Positions 26,203 through 36,037 are shown, counted from the first letter of the stretch. The stretch: 64,000 nt of DNA from Bacteroidota bacterium (GCA_037130365.1 JBAXTE010000003.1:15458-79457); one strand, 5' to 3'. A program made the numbers and translations. The notes: generated by a model not told the origin, from the sequence alone.

Positions 26203-28548
26203 ATGTACTCTTTTAACTTCAACAATAAAAAGCATTTATTAGTAAGCTTAATTTTGTTAATTATTGGCACATTCTTTCTCTATTTCAACACCTTTTCAGG
26301 GCATCTTCTTAATTGGGATGATACAACTTATTTGCTTAATAATAGGCTTTTTAGTCAAAATTTTAATTTAAAAAGTCTACAAAATATTTACCAAAGCGAC
26401 CATCATATCTCATTAGTGCTGATGTCGTTTTTTGCTCAAATAAAATGGTTGGGATTTAATCCATACGAATTTCATTTAGTGAATATTTTCATCCACATAT
26501 TGAATGTATTATTAGTTTTTTTCTTGTCAAAAACGCTTTTAAAGAATAATGTTTGGGCTTTAATTATTGCATTATTATTTGCCATTCATCCAATGAGAAG
26601 TGAAACGGTAGGGTGGATTTTTCAACGTAAAGATTTATTTTTTACATTTTTCTTCTTGTTAAGCTCATTAAGTTTCATTTCTTTTTTAAAGACCAAAAAT
26701 ATACTATTATTAGCCTTAGTGTTTATCTTCGGGTATTTGTCTTCGTTGAGTAAAATCCAAGCAATTACTCTCCCTCTAATTATAATTGCATTAGAATTTT
26801 ATATTCGCAAAACAGTATCTGTCAAATCACTAACAACAGCAATGATCCTGTTTGTATTTCAAATTGATGTTCTAATGAGTTTCAACCAAATAGTGTTGCT
26901 ATTGCTTATTCCATCACTAATTAGTATTTATTATAAACAATTGAGTCATCAATTTATATTAACAAGTGAGATTTTAAAAAGAAAATTTAAGAATAAAATC
27001 ATTCAAAAGCACGCATCTCAAATAAACATCGCTAACTTAATAATTCTGAGTTATATTGTCTTTTTTGTGTTTTTTAAACTCATCAACAATCTTGATTCTG
27101 ATTATTTGAAAAATGTAATATTTTCGATTATTCCATTAGTTGTTTTTTATATCTTCATTGCTCATCAACACATAACTTATAAATGGAAGAATCACCTATT
27201 AATATTGATTGCGATGGTGATTTTATCCGGAATCGTACTGTTTTTAATCGTAAAAGTTGATACTTCAATGACTAAAAATTCGACATATCCACTCATTAAG
27301 CGAATCGAGTTTGGGATTTATAGCTTTAATTACTACATACTTAAGTTTTTCTTTCCGTTTAATTTAAGTGCAATGCACCCATACCCAGATAATGCCCAAA
27401 AACCATTATCGCTATTATTTCAAATATCTCCATATTTGTTTATAACCATTTCATCAGTGGTCGGATATTTTATCGCAAAAATGAAAAATAAAGCTCTTCG
27501 CAATAATCTTATTTTCGGTATTGTGTTTTTTGTAATAAACATTTCATTGGTCCTTCATATTATTCCAATAGAGGGAAGAGTAATTGTAGCCGATAGATAC
27601 ACATATCTTGCTTATTTTGGATTATTTTTCGCCATTGTTCCGCTTATATTTTCAATTTACAACAAGTGGCGAAACAATAAATTTGCGAGCTATTTTATAA
27701 AGTCTTTTGCAATATTAATATTTATCATTTTCAGTTTTCAAACATTTTCGAGAAACAAAGTGTGGCAAAACGATGAAGTTTTTTGGACCGATGTGATAAA
27801 AAAAGACAAATCAAACCACTATGCAAATTACAGCCTAGCTCTATTTTACTACGAACAACAAGATTACGAAAGAGCCATTGGGTTCTACGATAAAGCGATT
27901 CAGAAGTTTGATAATGATTTTGAGTATTACACCAACCGAGGTGCCTGTTATGTAAAGTTAAAAGAAACCACAAAAGCCATTGACGATTTTGCTCGAGCCA
28001 TTGATTTGAATCCAAAAAATGCTTATGCATATAACAATAGAGGCTCCCTTTTTCTACAAATAGGAGATATTAGAAATGCCTTCATCGATTTTCAAATTGC
28101 AACTCAAATCGATTCTAATTATGCGGATGCTAAAGCCAATTTCGAAAAAACTAAGATGTTGCAAACAGCTATTTCAAGCACATCATCCTCAATCGATTAC
28201 AGTCCAGAAAAGTCTCAATTATTTAATGATATTGGCGTCAAAAAAGCGATGAATGGGGATATCGAAAATGCACTTCCAGATTTCAACAAAGCGGTTCTCC
28301 TCGATTCTTTAAATGTTAATGCATACAAAAACAGAGGAAATGCTTATGCCTCGCTTAAAAAATTTGATGAAGCCATGTTTGATTACAACAAAGTACTCAA
28401 ATTTAATCCTAACGATGCAGGGATCTTTATGAATATTGGGAATATTAAACATCAACAAAATGATAAATCTGCTTGCGAATATTGGCAAAAAGCAAAAAAG
28501 TTAGGGCTTAAGGATGCTCAGCAAATGCTAAATAAGTTTTGTAAATAG
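26203..28548 (+). CDS. Polytopic GT-C-like membrane protein with C-terminal TPR repeats (TMTC/PMT_2-like)
   Basis: N-terminal roughly 520 aa has many TM helices, with NWDDTTYLLNN in the first loop (a DD motif as in GT-C enzymes). C-terminal roughly 260 aa has repeated A..Y.N.G...........A..DF..A tetratricopeptide units. Confidence 0.75.
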   Translation: MYSFNFNNKKHLLVSLILLIIGTFFLYFNTFSGHLLNWDDTTYLLNNRLFSQNFNLKSLQNIYQSDHHISLVLMSFFAQIKWLGFNPYEFHLVNIFIHILNVLLVFFLSKTLLKNNVWALIIALLFAIHPMRSETVGWIFQRKDLFFTFFFLLSSLSFISFLKTKNILLLALVFIFGYLSSLSKIQAITLPLIIIALEFYIRKTVSVKSLTTAMILFVFQIDVLMSFNQIVLLLLIPSLISIYYKQLSHQFILTSEILKRKFKNKIIQKHASQINIANLIILSYIVFFVFFKLINNLDSDYLKNVIFSIIPLVVFYIFIAHQHITYKWKNHLLILIAMVILSGIVLFLIVKVDTSMTKNSTYPLIKRIEFGIYSFNYYILKFFFPFNLSAMHPYPDNAQKPLSLLFQISPYLFITISSVVGYFIAKMKNKALRNNLIFGIVFFVINISLVLHIIPIEGRVIVADRYTYLAYFGLFFAIVPLIFSIYNKWRNNKFASYFIKSFAILIFIIFSFQTFSRNKVWQNDEVFWTDVIKKDKSNHYANYSLALFYYEQQDYERAIGFYDKAIQKFDNDFEYYTNRGACYVKLKETTKAIDDFARAIDLNPKNAYAYNNRGSLFLQIGDIRNAFIDFQIATQIDSNYADAKANFEKTKMLQTAISSTSSSIDYSPEKSQLFNDIGVKKAMNGDIENALPDFNKAVLLDSLNVNAYKNRGNAYASLKKFDEAMFDYNKVLKFNPNDAGIFMNIGNIKHQQNDKSACEYWQKAKKLGLKDAQQMLNKFCK

Positions 28549-28644
28549 ACAAAATTCGAAATGATTTAAATATCATCCATTAAAAACATGAATCACCATA
28601 AAATATACTTGAGGAAGTAATAGGGTGCAATTGTTTATTTTTAA

Positions 28645-28652
28645 TACATTTG
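28645..28652 (+). promoter_or_regulatory. Candidate -7 box TAnnTTTG (tacatttg)
   Basis: 36 nt upstream of the ATG at 28688. Confidence 0.4.
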
Positions 28653-28687
28653 CAATAATAATTTCTGCAATAATCAATATTTAATTA

Positions 28688-30553
28688 ATGAAACGGATTT
28701 TAGGAATATCTGCTTTTTTTCACGATTCTTCTGCTGTTTTGCTAGAAGATGGAAAAATTATTGCAGCTGTTCAAGAAGAACGGTTTACACGCGAAAAACA
28801 CACTGAGAAATTTCCTATAAACTCCATTAAATATTGTTTGGAAGCTGGAAATATTGAACTCGATGAACTTGACGCAATTGTCTTTTACGAAAAACCGTTT
28901 CTGAAGTTTGAAAGATTGATTGAAACATATTATACTTTCGCACCAAAAGGAATTTTGTCATTTTTAAAGGCAATGCCTTCGTGGTTAAACGAAAAACTGT
29001 TTTTAAAAAAAACAATTAAAGATGAACTTAGCAAAATTGGGTTTTATGATCGCAAAAGGACGAAACTTCTTTTTTCTGAGCATCATTTATCCCATGCAGC
29101 AAGTGCATTTTTTTCGTCACCATTTAATGAGTCAGCAATACTTACGATTGATGGCGTTGGAGAATGGACTACTGCTAGCATTGCAATGGGGAGTAATAAT
29201 TCCATCAAAATATTAAAAGAGCTTCACTTTCCTCATTCTGTTGGACTTTTATACAGTGCTTTTACCTATTTTCTTGGGTTTAGTGTTAATTCTGGTGAGT
29301 ATAAACTGATGGGATTAGCTCCTTATGGCAATCCTAATCATTGCGAAACATTGAGATTTATTGATATAATTAAAAAATCATTGGTTGATATTAAAGAGGA
29401 TGGCTCAATTAGAATAAATCAAAAATATTTTACGTATGCTACTGGATTAAAAATGGTTAGATTAAATAAATGGGAACATTTATTTGGTATTAAATGCAGA
29501 AAAGCTGAAGATGAAATACTTCAAAGCCATTCAAATTTAGCATTTGCCATACAGAAAGTTACCGAAGAAATCGTGTTAAAAATGGCACAAACGGCTAAGT
29601 CTCTTACAAATTCAACTAATCTATGCTTGGCGGGTGGAGTTGCACTTAATTGTGTAGCTAACGGCGTTTTACTCAGATCTAATATTTTCAAAAATATTTT
29701 TATTCAGCCAGCTTCAGGAGATGCTGGAGGAGCTTTAGGTGCTGCATTGTCAGTGAATTTTATGTATTATGAAAATCCAAGAATATCCGATGAGCAAAAT
29801 GATATTATGCAAGGAGCATTTCTAGGTCCCGATTTTTCAAATAGAGATATCGAAAAGCTAAATCGGAAAACATTAGCAGAGTTTCAACATTTTAAAGATT
29901 TTGATGTACTATCAAAAAATGTTGCTGATTTAATTTCAATAGGAAATATCGTGGGCTGGTTTCAGGGTAGAATGGAATTCGGACCACGTGCGTTGGGTAA
30001 CAGAAGCATATTGGGTGATGCGCGAAATAATGAAATGCAAAAGAAACTAAACCTTAAAATTAAAAACAGAGAGGGTTTTCGTCCGTTTGCACCTTCAGTT
30101 CTTAGTGAAGATGCTCACATTTTTTTCGATTTGAAGGAAAAATCTCCATATATGCTTTTTGTGGCAAATATTAATAACGAAATCAAGCATGAAGTCTCCA
30201 AAGATTACGAAGATTTTGATTTTTGGAAAAAGCTTTATGTTCAACGGAGTGATGTTCCTGCAATTACTCATGTGGATTTTTCTGCGCGAGTTCAAACGGT
30301 ACATAAAGAAACTAACCCCAAATATCATCAACTGATTTCTGATTTTAAAAATCTCACGGGATGTCCGCTTATTGTAAATACAAGTTTTAATGTAAGAGGC
30401 GAACCTATTGTTTGTTCTCCCGAAGATGCCTATATCTGCTTTATGAGTACTGATATGGATTATTTGGTCATAAATGATTACCTCTATTGCAAGACGGAGC
30501 AGCCTAATTGGGAACGTAAAGATAAATGGAAAATTAAATTTAAACTAGACTAA
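28688..30553 (+). CDS. NodU/CmcH-family carbamoyltransferase
   Basis: ILGISAFFHDSSAVLL, EERFTREKH, HHLSHAASAF, GGVALNCVANG, and C-terminal VNTSFNVRGEPIVCSPEDA. Confidence 0.9.
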   Translation: MKRILGISAFFHDSSAVLLEDGKIIAAVQEERFTREKHTEKFPINSIKYCLEAGNIELDELDAIVFYEKPFLKFERLIETYYTFAPKGILSFLKAMPSWLNEKLFLKKTIKDELSKIGFYDRKRTKLLFSEHHLSHAASAFFSSPFNESAILTIDGVGEWTTASIAMGSNNSIKILKELHFPHSVGLLYSAFTYFLGFSVNSGEYKLMGLAPYGNPNHCETLRFIDIIKKSLVDIKEDGSIRINQKYFTYATGLKMVRLNKWEHLFGIKCRKAEDEILQSHSNLAFAIQKVTEEIVLKMAQTAKSLTNSTNLCLAGGVALNCVANGVLLRSNIFKNIFIQPASGDAGGALGAALSVNFMYYENPRISDEQNDIMQGAFLGPDFSNRDIEKLNRKTLAEFQHFKDFDVLSKNVADLISIGNIVGWFQGRMEFGPRALGNRSILGDARNNEMQKKLNLKIKNREGFRPFAPSVLSEDAHIFFDLKEKSPYMLFVANINNEIKHEVSKDYEDFDFWKKLYVQRSDVPAITHVDFSARVQTVHKETNPKYHQLISDFKNLTGCPLIVNTSFNVRGEPIVCSPEDAYICFMSTDMDYLVINDYLYCKTEQPNWERKDKWKIKFKLD

Positions 30554-30585
30554 TCAATAAAATAAAATTTGCTAAACGTAAGATT

Positions 30586-30735
30586 ATGGAAACATTTAAA
30601 GATCTTTGGCTATTTATGAAAGAACGGAAGAAATTCTGGCTAGCTCCCATTATTATCGTTTTACTTTTAGTAGGATTATTACTCGTATTTGGAGGAAGCA
30701 GTTCTGTTGCTCCATTTGTTTATACACTTTTTTAA
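30586..30735 (+). CDS. DUF5989-family small membrane protein (SxtK-like), 49 aa; not in the supplied ORF track
   Basis: My own translation is METFKDLWLFMKERKKFWLAPIIIVLLLVGLLLVFGGSSSVAPFVYTLF. It matches the family pattern (KERKKFWL.PII..LLL.G.L......S.VAPF.YTLF) and the canonical position after a carbamoyltransferase. Confidence 0.8.
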   Translation: METFKDLWLFMKERKKFWLAPIIIVLLLVGLLLVFGGSSSVAPFVYTLF

Positions 30736-30744
30736 ATAAAAAAC

Positions 30745-31113
30745 ATGAGTTCAAATCAGAATAATCCTGCCATTACAGTGCTAACCATTATTGTGGGATT
30801 AATTACTGTTTACATATTTACTGATATTCGTGTATTGATATATATTGCCACAGGTATTGGAATCATCAGTTTGATTTCGTCTTTTGTTCGGGAGAAAATT
30901 CATATAATTTGGTTTTTTATTATTAAAATCTTAGCTCAAATTTTTCCAAAAATCATATTATTTATAATCTTTTATGTTGTATTAACCCCTGTGGCAATAC
31001 TTTCAAAGCTATTTACAAAAAATGATATTTTGAAGCTTTCGAAAAATTACAACTCATATTTTAATCAAAGAAGTGGTTCTTTTTCTAAAATTGATTTTGA
31101 AAAAATTTGGTAA
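30745..31113 (+). CDS. SxtJ-family small membrane protein
   Basis: 122 aa with 3-4 TM helices. Position directly after the carbamoyltransferase + DUF5989 pair matches the known SxtI/SxtK/SxtJ-type neighbourhood. Confidence 0.55.
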   Translation: MSSNQNNPAITVLTIIVGLITVYIFTDIRVLIYIATGIGIISLISSFVREKIHIIWFFIIKILAQIFPKIILFIIFYVVLTPVAILSKLFTKNDILKLSKNYNSYFNQRSGSFSKIDFEKIW

Positions 31114-31124
31114 GCAGTGCCTGC

Positions 31125-31230
31125 AAGAAAACGCCAACTTTTTCGTTATTCTTGCAACGAATTTAGGTTATTTACTCATGTAAACGCCCCAAATCCGTTG
31201 CTGCGAAAGCCTTAAATTTGACGTTTTCTT
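31125..31230. repeat. About 105-nt long imperfect nested hairpin downstream of the SxtJ-like gene
   Basis: The outer arm 31125-31141 pairs with 31214-31230 at 15 of 17 positions. The inner arm 31154-31167 pairs imperfectly with 31187-31201. Confidence 0.45.
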
Positions 31231-31271
31231 ATCAATCACTGAGTTTTATATCAAGCATTAGTAATATTTAG

Positions 31272-33032
31272 ATGTATGAAATTATGAATTTTATTGTGAA
31301 TAAAAAATCTAAAACAATTATTTTAGCTTTTGCTTTAGGAATGATTGTTCTCTTCTTTTTTTATTACCTAAACAGCCTTAATTTTTATGGAAACTTTTCA
31401 ATTCAAGTATGGCAGAAAGATAAAAACATCTCAGAAAACACGAAGTTAAGAGGTGTTAGTTTTTTTAATAGAGAATATAATTTAGGCTACCAGCAAGGAA
31501 AATGGATAAATAATGACGGATGTTATAAAGAAATACAGATTACATTCACACAACCAATTATAAGCGACTCAAACAGAATAACAGTCCTTTTTACTAAAGA
31601 TGACATACATTACTCAAAAGAAATTCGACTTTCTGAAATAAAAGGCAACAGAGCTTCGATTACAAAGGTTATCATCGATGAACCCTTTTATAAAACCAGT
31701 TTAAAGTATTTTGACTTTTTAATCAAGAAGTATTCTATTAGAGGAAACAGATTAATTATCTTTTTGTCATTTGGGATTTTTGTTTTAATAGTTTTTTTTC
31801 GTCGATATAAGCATAATGGAATGATTGAAAAAGCACTATGGGGATTTCTTCTTATTAGCTTTCTTTTGGCATTCGTTCCGCTTATCGTTCTAAACAAAAC
31901 GCTTACATATACTGGTTTTTGGTTGCTATTTTTTGTTTTTTCTTCAATACTAATTTTACTCATTTTTCTCTCGAAAAAAGTCAAGTATCTAAACAAAAAT
32001 ATGATTTTGCTCTTTGCAAGTTTCTTTACAATAATCCTATGTATTGAATTATTGCTTAGATTGTTTGGCGTTAATAAATCATATTCGGAAAAGAAGGAAG
32101 GTTTTGTTCGTTTCATCTCAGAACAATCTCAATTAAATGAGTATTTTTATAATAGGAAGCCCAATCATTCATTTTTACTAAATATGTCTGGTGAATTTTC
32201 ATATCCTAGAACTACAAATTCTATTGGGTTAAGTGATATAGAAACTACTTCTAAAAAGGCAGAGAATGATTATTTAATAATGGCACTTGGAGATTCATTT
32301 ACCGAGGGCGATGGCGCTGATTCAGATTCCACTTGGATGAAATTCTTGGAACGGAAAATCGGGAAAAAGGATACTGTAAATTATAGATTTATAAATGCAG
32401 GTATTTGTGGAAGCGATCCAGTGTATGAGTATAAGCTTTTTGTAGACAAATTAATTGCTTATAAACCAAATCTTGTAATATGTGCTTATGGGTATGATTT
32501 GCAAGAGGTTATTCTTAGAGGTGGTTTCGAAAGATTTAATACTGATAATAACAAAACTCCTATTATATCCCCAAGTCTTGAGTTTCTGTATTCCATATCA
32601 TACATAAGTCGCTTGGTAATAAATGAAATACATGATTTAGATTATCAATTAATTAATTCTAAACAGTTTGAATCAGAACGACAAAATGCAATTCGTACTA
32701 TTAATAACGTAATCTTGATGTTTAAAGAACTATCATTAAAAAATGATTTTAAGCTATTATTCGTTTTTTACCCGTTAAAACATGAAGTTGAGGGTAATAA
32801 ATATGATTATTGGAATGAAGTTATTCGTTTTGCAACAAAAAACGAGATTGACGTTTTTCCTTTGTTACATTATTTTAGCGATATAGAAAAAGTAGATTCT
32901 GCAAATGTGAAGGAATACTATTGGAAAACCGATGGCCACTATAATGCGAAAGGCTATCAAGCTTTTGGCAACGGAGTTTATTGGAAATTGACGAATATGG
33001 GGTTGTTGCAAGAAAATACAATTGCAAAATAA
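31272..33032 (+). CDS. Membrane protein with N-terminal extracytoplasmic domain, TM bundle and C-terminal SGNH/GDSL hydrolase domain
   Basis: IMALGDSFTEGDGA (block I), FINAGICGSDP (block II), and C-terminal YYWKTDGHYNAKGY (DxxH block). Several TM helices lie at residues about 150-270. Confidence 0.75.
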   Translation: MYEIMNFIVNKKSKTIILAFALGMIVLFFFYYLNSLNFYGNFSIQVWQKDKNISENTKLRGVSFFNREYNLGYQQGKWINNDGCYKEIQITFTQPIISDSNRITVLFTKDDIHYSKEIRLSEIKGNRASITKVIIDEPFYKTSLKYFDFLIKKYSIRGNRLIIFLSFGIFVLIVFFRRYKHNGMIEKALWGFLLISFLLAFVPLIVLNKTLTYTGFWLLFFVFSSILILLIFLSKKVKYLNKNMILLFASFFTIILCIELLLRLFGVNKSYSEKKEGFVRFISEQSQLNEYFYNRKPNHSFLLNMSGEFSYPRTTNSIGLSDIETTSKKAENDYLIMALGDSFTEGDGADSDSTWMKFLERKIGKKDTVNYRFINAGICGSDPVYEYKLFVDKLIAYKPNLVICAYGYDLQEVILRGGFERFNTDNNKTPIISPSLEFLYSISYISRLVINEIHDLDYQLINSKQFESERQNAIRTINNVILMFKELSLKNDFKLLFVFYPLKHEVEGNKYDYWNEVIRFATKNEIDVFPLLHYFSDIEKVDSANVKEYYWKTDGHYNAKGYQAFGNGVYWKLTNMGLLQENTIAK

Positions 33033-33049
33033 GGGCTCCAAGTAACAGT

Positions 33050-34147
33050 TTATTGATAAAACTCTATGATTGTATTACAAACTTTTTCAATCTGTTCGTC
33101 CGTAATTTCGGCATACATAGGCAACGATAGGATTTTAGATTGATTTGCATATGAAATTGGGAAATCTTTAGGTGCATAATTAAATTTCTTATAACATTCC
33201 GCAAAAGGCAAAGCGGTTTTATAGTGCATGCTTGTTTGAATCTCTTTTTGTTGAAGAAATTGTTGTAATTCGTCTCTGCGATTTGCTTGAATCACATATA
33301 AATGAAAAACAGAAGTTGTATTTGGTCGAAGTTTTGGCGTGACGATTTCCTCACAATTTGAAAGTAGTAAATTATACTTCATAGCAGCGTCAAATCGCAT
33401 TTTATTCCACTCACTTATATATTTTAACTTAACCGACAAAATTGCAGCTTGGATGCCATCAAGTCTACTATTAATGCCTTCTATTTGGTGAATATTTTTT
33501 TGAAGAGATCCATGATTACAATACATTCGAATTTGATTTGCTAAATCATTATCATTTGTTACAATTGCACCGCCGTCACCATAAGCTCCTAAATTTTTTC
33601 CAGGGTAAAAGCTATACGTAGCTATATCTCCAAATGTGCCTGTGTAATTATCTCCAAATTTAGAAAAATGAGATTGAGCACAATCTTCAACCAGGAAAAG
33701 GTTATGTTTTTTGCAGATTTTTTGTATGGTATCAATTTCAACAGCTTGTCCGTACAAATGCACCGGAATTATAGCTTTAGTATTTGAGGTAATCTTAGAT
33801 TCAATTTGCTTAACATCAATTCCGTAGAAATCATCATGATCCACGAAGATCGGAGTGGCTCCACAATGAGATATTGCTTCAGATGTTGCAATAAATGTAT
33901 TTGCTGCTGTAATTACTTCATCTCCCTGTTTTATTCCCAATATTTTTAAACTAATACTCAGAGCATCAGTTCCATTGCCCACTCCGATGCAATTTTTAAT
34001 ATTTAGTTTTTTTGCAAATAAGGATTCAAATTCACTCACAAAACTACCTTGTACAAATGCATTTTGTTGAATTACTTTAGTGATGATATTGTCTATTTCG
34101 ATTTGAATTTGTTCGTATTGCTTTGATAAATCAATAAATGGAATCAT
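33050..34147 (-). CDS. DegT/DnrJ/EryC1 PLP sugar aminotransferase (WbpE-like by context)
   Basis: MIPFIDLSKQYEQI, GNGTDALSISL, GDEVITAANTFIATSEA, and FYPGKNLGAYGDGGAI (catalytic Lys). Confidence 0.9.
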   Translation of the reverse strand: MIPFIDLSKQYEQIQIEIDNIITKVIQQNAFVQGSFVSEFESLFAKKLNIKNCIGVGNGTDALSISLKILGIKQGDEVITAANTFIATSEAISHCGATPIFVDHDDFYGIDVKQIESKITSNTKAIIPVHLYGQAVEIDTIQKICKKHNLFLVEDCAQSHFSKFGDNYTGTFGDIATYSFYPGKNLGAYGDGGAIVTNDNDLANQIRMYCNHGSLQKNIHQIEGINSRLDGIQAAILSVKLKYISEWNKMRFDAAMKYNLLLSNCEEIVTPKLRPNTTSVFHLYVIQANRRDELQQFLQQKEIQTSMHYKTALPFAECYKKFNYAPKDFPISYANQSKILSLPMYAEITDEQIEKVCNTIIEFYQ

Positions 34148-34180
34148 TTGTTTTTTTTGTCAAATTTCCGATTTTTTTGA

Positions 34181-34188
34181 TACATTTG
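34181..34188 (+). promoter_or_regulatory. Candidate -7 box TAnnTTTG (tacatttg)
   Basis: 48 nt upstream of the ATG at 34236, in a divergent intergenic region. Confidence 0.35.
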
Positions 34189-34235
34189 CTAATATTTCAA
34201 ACTATTTATAAAACAAGAACTTCATTTTTACAATT

Positions 34236-35237
34236 ATGATGAATATTGGATTAGTTGGATACGGATATTGGGGACCAAATATTGCCCGAAACATTATTTA
34301 TAACAGCGGTTTTAAATTAGCTTGTATTTGCGATCACGATCAAAATCGTTTGGAGCTTGCACATAAACATTATCCATTTATACCCAAACTTTCGAATATT
34401 GATGACCTAATTTCAAACCCTGAAATTGATTGTATTGTAATAGCAACAAACCCTACTTCTCATTACACTATTGCACTAAATGCGTTAAAGAATCATAAAC
34501 ATGTTTTGGTCGAAAAACCACTTTCTACTTCTTTATCTGAAATAAATTCGCTTGAACAAATTGCAAATGAGCAAGACCTAACTTTAATGGTAGATCATAC
34601 ATTTCTTTACAATGGAGTCGTTCAAGAGATGAAGTCACTTATTGATAATCACGAAATTGGCAATATAAAGTATATTGATACCACACGAATTAATTTGGGA
34701 ATCTTTCAAAACGATGTGAATGTATTATGGGACTTAGCTACTCACGATTTATCTATCGTAAATTATCTCCTACAGAAAATGCCAAAAAGTATAATTGCCA
34801 CAGGAAAATGTCATATTAAAGCTGGAATTCAAAATATTGCATACTTAAACCTGATGTACGACGACGACACAATAGTTCACGTTCACAGTTCGTGGATGTC
34901 GCCAGTTAAAATTCGACTAATGTTGATTGGGGGTGATAAAAAAATGATGGTTTATAATGATATTGAACCTACCGAAAAACTAAAAGTTTACGACACCGGT
35001 TTGAGCTTTGACAGCAATGATAAAGATCAAATTTTAGTTGATTATAGAGTTGGAGATGTAAATATTCCAAAATATAGTACGAAAGAGCCGTTAGCATCGA
35101 TGATTCAGGATTTTGAAAAATCAATTGTTCAAAAGACTAAGCCTATTTCGGGGATAGAATCTGCAAAACAAATTGTGAAAATTCTATCGGCTGCTCAAAC
35201 ATCATTGGATATGAATGGTAAAGAAATTTTGATCTAA
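34236..35237 (+). CDS. Gfo/Idh/MocA sugar-nucleotide dehydrogenase (WbpB-like by context)
   Basis: IGLVGYGYWGPNIARN and VEKPL motifs. Divergent from the DegT aminotransferase. Confidence 0.8.
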   Translation: MMNIGLVGYGYWGPNIARNIIYNSGFKLACICDHDQNRLELAHKHYPFIPKLSNIDDLISNPEIDCIVIATNPTSHYTIALNALKNHKHVLVEKPLSTSLSEINSLEQIANEQDLTLMVDHTFLYNGVVQEMKSLIDNHEIGNIKYIDTTRINLGIFQNDVNVLWDLATHDLSIVNYLLQKMPKSIIATGKCHIKAGIQNIAYLNLMYDDDTIVHVHSSWMSPVKIRLMLIGGDKKMMVYNDIEPTEKLKVYDTGLSFDSNDKDQILVDYRVGDVNIPKYSTKEPLASMIQDFEKSIVQKTKPISGIESAKQIVKILSAAQTSLDMNGKEILI

Positions 35238-36001
35238 TGAATTTATCAACACAGTCTTGGTCTATTATTATTTTTGCGTTTAACGAAGAAAATTCGATTC
35301 AAAAAGTGATTGAAGAGAGTCTAAAGGTATTAGAGAAAATTGCCCCTTTCCAAAATGAATTAATTATTGTAGATGATGGTAGTACAGATCATACTGTTAA
35401 AATAATTGAAGATTCTATTCGCTCTGCAAAAAATGCAAAACTTGTTGTTCATCATAAGAATAAAGGAATTGGTGAAGCACTTATGACTGGCTATAAATTG
35501 GCGAAATTTGAAAATATCTGTGCAATTCCTGCCGATGGACAATTTGATATTAAGGAGCTTCTCCCCTATTCGAATATTGCAGAGCACACAGTTATTTCAT
35601 TTTACAGAGTGGTGAAAACTCGTTATTCAATTTATAGAAAGGTGTTGAGTTTTGGCAACAAAATTTTTAATCGATATTTTTTGAGTATATATATCAAAGA
35701 CGTAAACTGGGTGAAAATTTACAAAAAGCTTTTTTTTGATGAAATAAACCCTGTCTTAACAAGTTCTCTTGTCGAAAGTGAAATTTGCGCTAAAATGGTT
35801 CAAAATAACTATAAAATAATTGAAATAGAATCTAAATACAATGCCCGCCAAGGTGGAATTTCCAAAGGATCTTCACCAAAAACAATAATGAGAGCTGTTT
35901 TGGAATTATTTAAACTTTTTATTGTTATCAGATTTAATTACAAAAAGCATAACAAAAAACAACAATTGAATTCTAAGGAAAGTGTTGCAGATTCCAATTA
36001 A
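35237..36001 (+). CDS. Glycosyltransferase family 2 (polyprenyl-phosphate sugar synthase-like)
   Basis: IIIFAFNEENSI...ELIIVDDGSTDHT and a later PADGQ motif. Confidence 0.8.
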   Translation: MNLSTQSWSIIIFAFNEENSIQKVIEESLKVLEKIAPFQNELIIVDDGSTDHTVKIIEDSIRSAKNAKLVVHHKNKGIGEALMTGYKLAKFENICAIPADGQFDIKELLPYSNIAEHTVISFYRVVKTRYSIYRKVLSFGNKIFNRYFLSIYIKDVNWVKIYKKLFFDEINPVLTSSLVESEICAKMVQNNYKIIEIESKYNARQGGISKGSSPKTIMRAVLELFKLFIVIRFNYKKHNKKQQLNSKESVADSN

Positions 36002-36015
36002 TTTTCCACACTTTT

Positions 36016-36034
36016 ATCAATTTTCAAAATTGAT
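36016..36034. terminator. Palindromic hairpin (atcaatttt-c-aaaattgat) in a 36-nt gap between convergent genes; candidate bidirectional terminator
   Basis: Perfect 9-nt arms, flanked by T-rich sequence on the + side and A-rich sequence on the other. Confidence 0.35.
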
Positions 36035-36037
36035 CAA

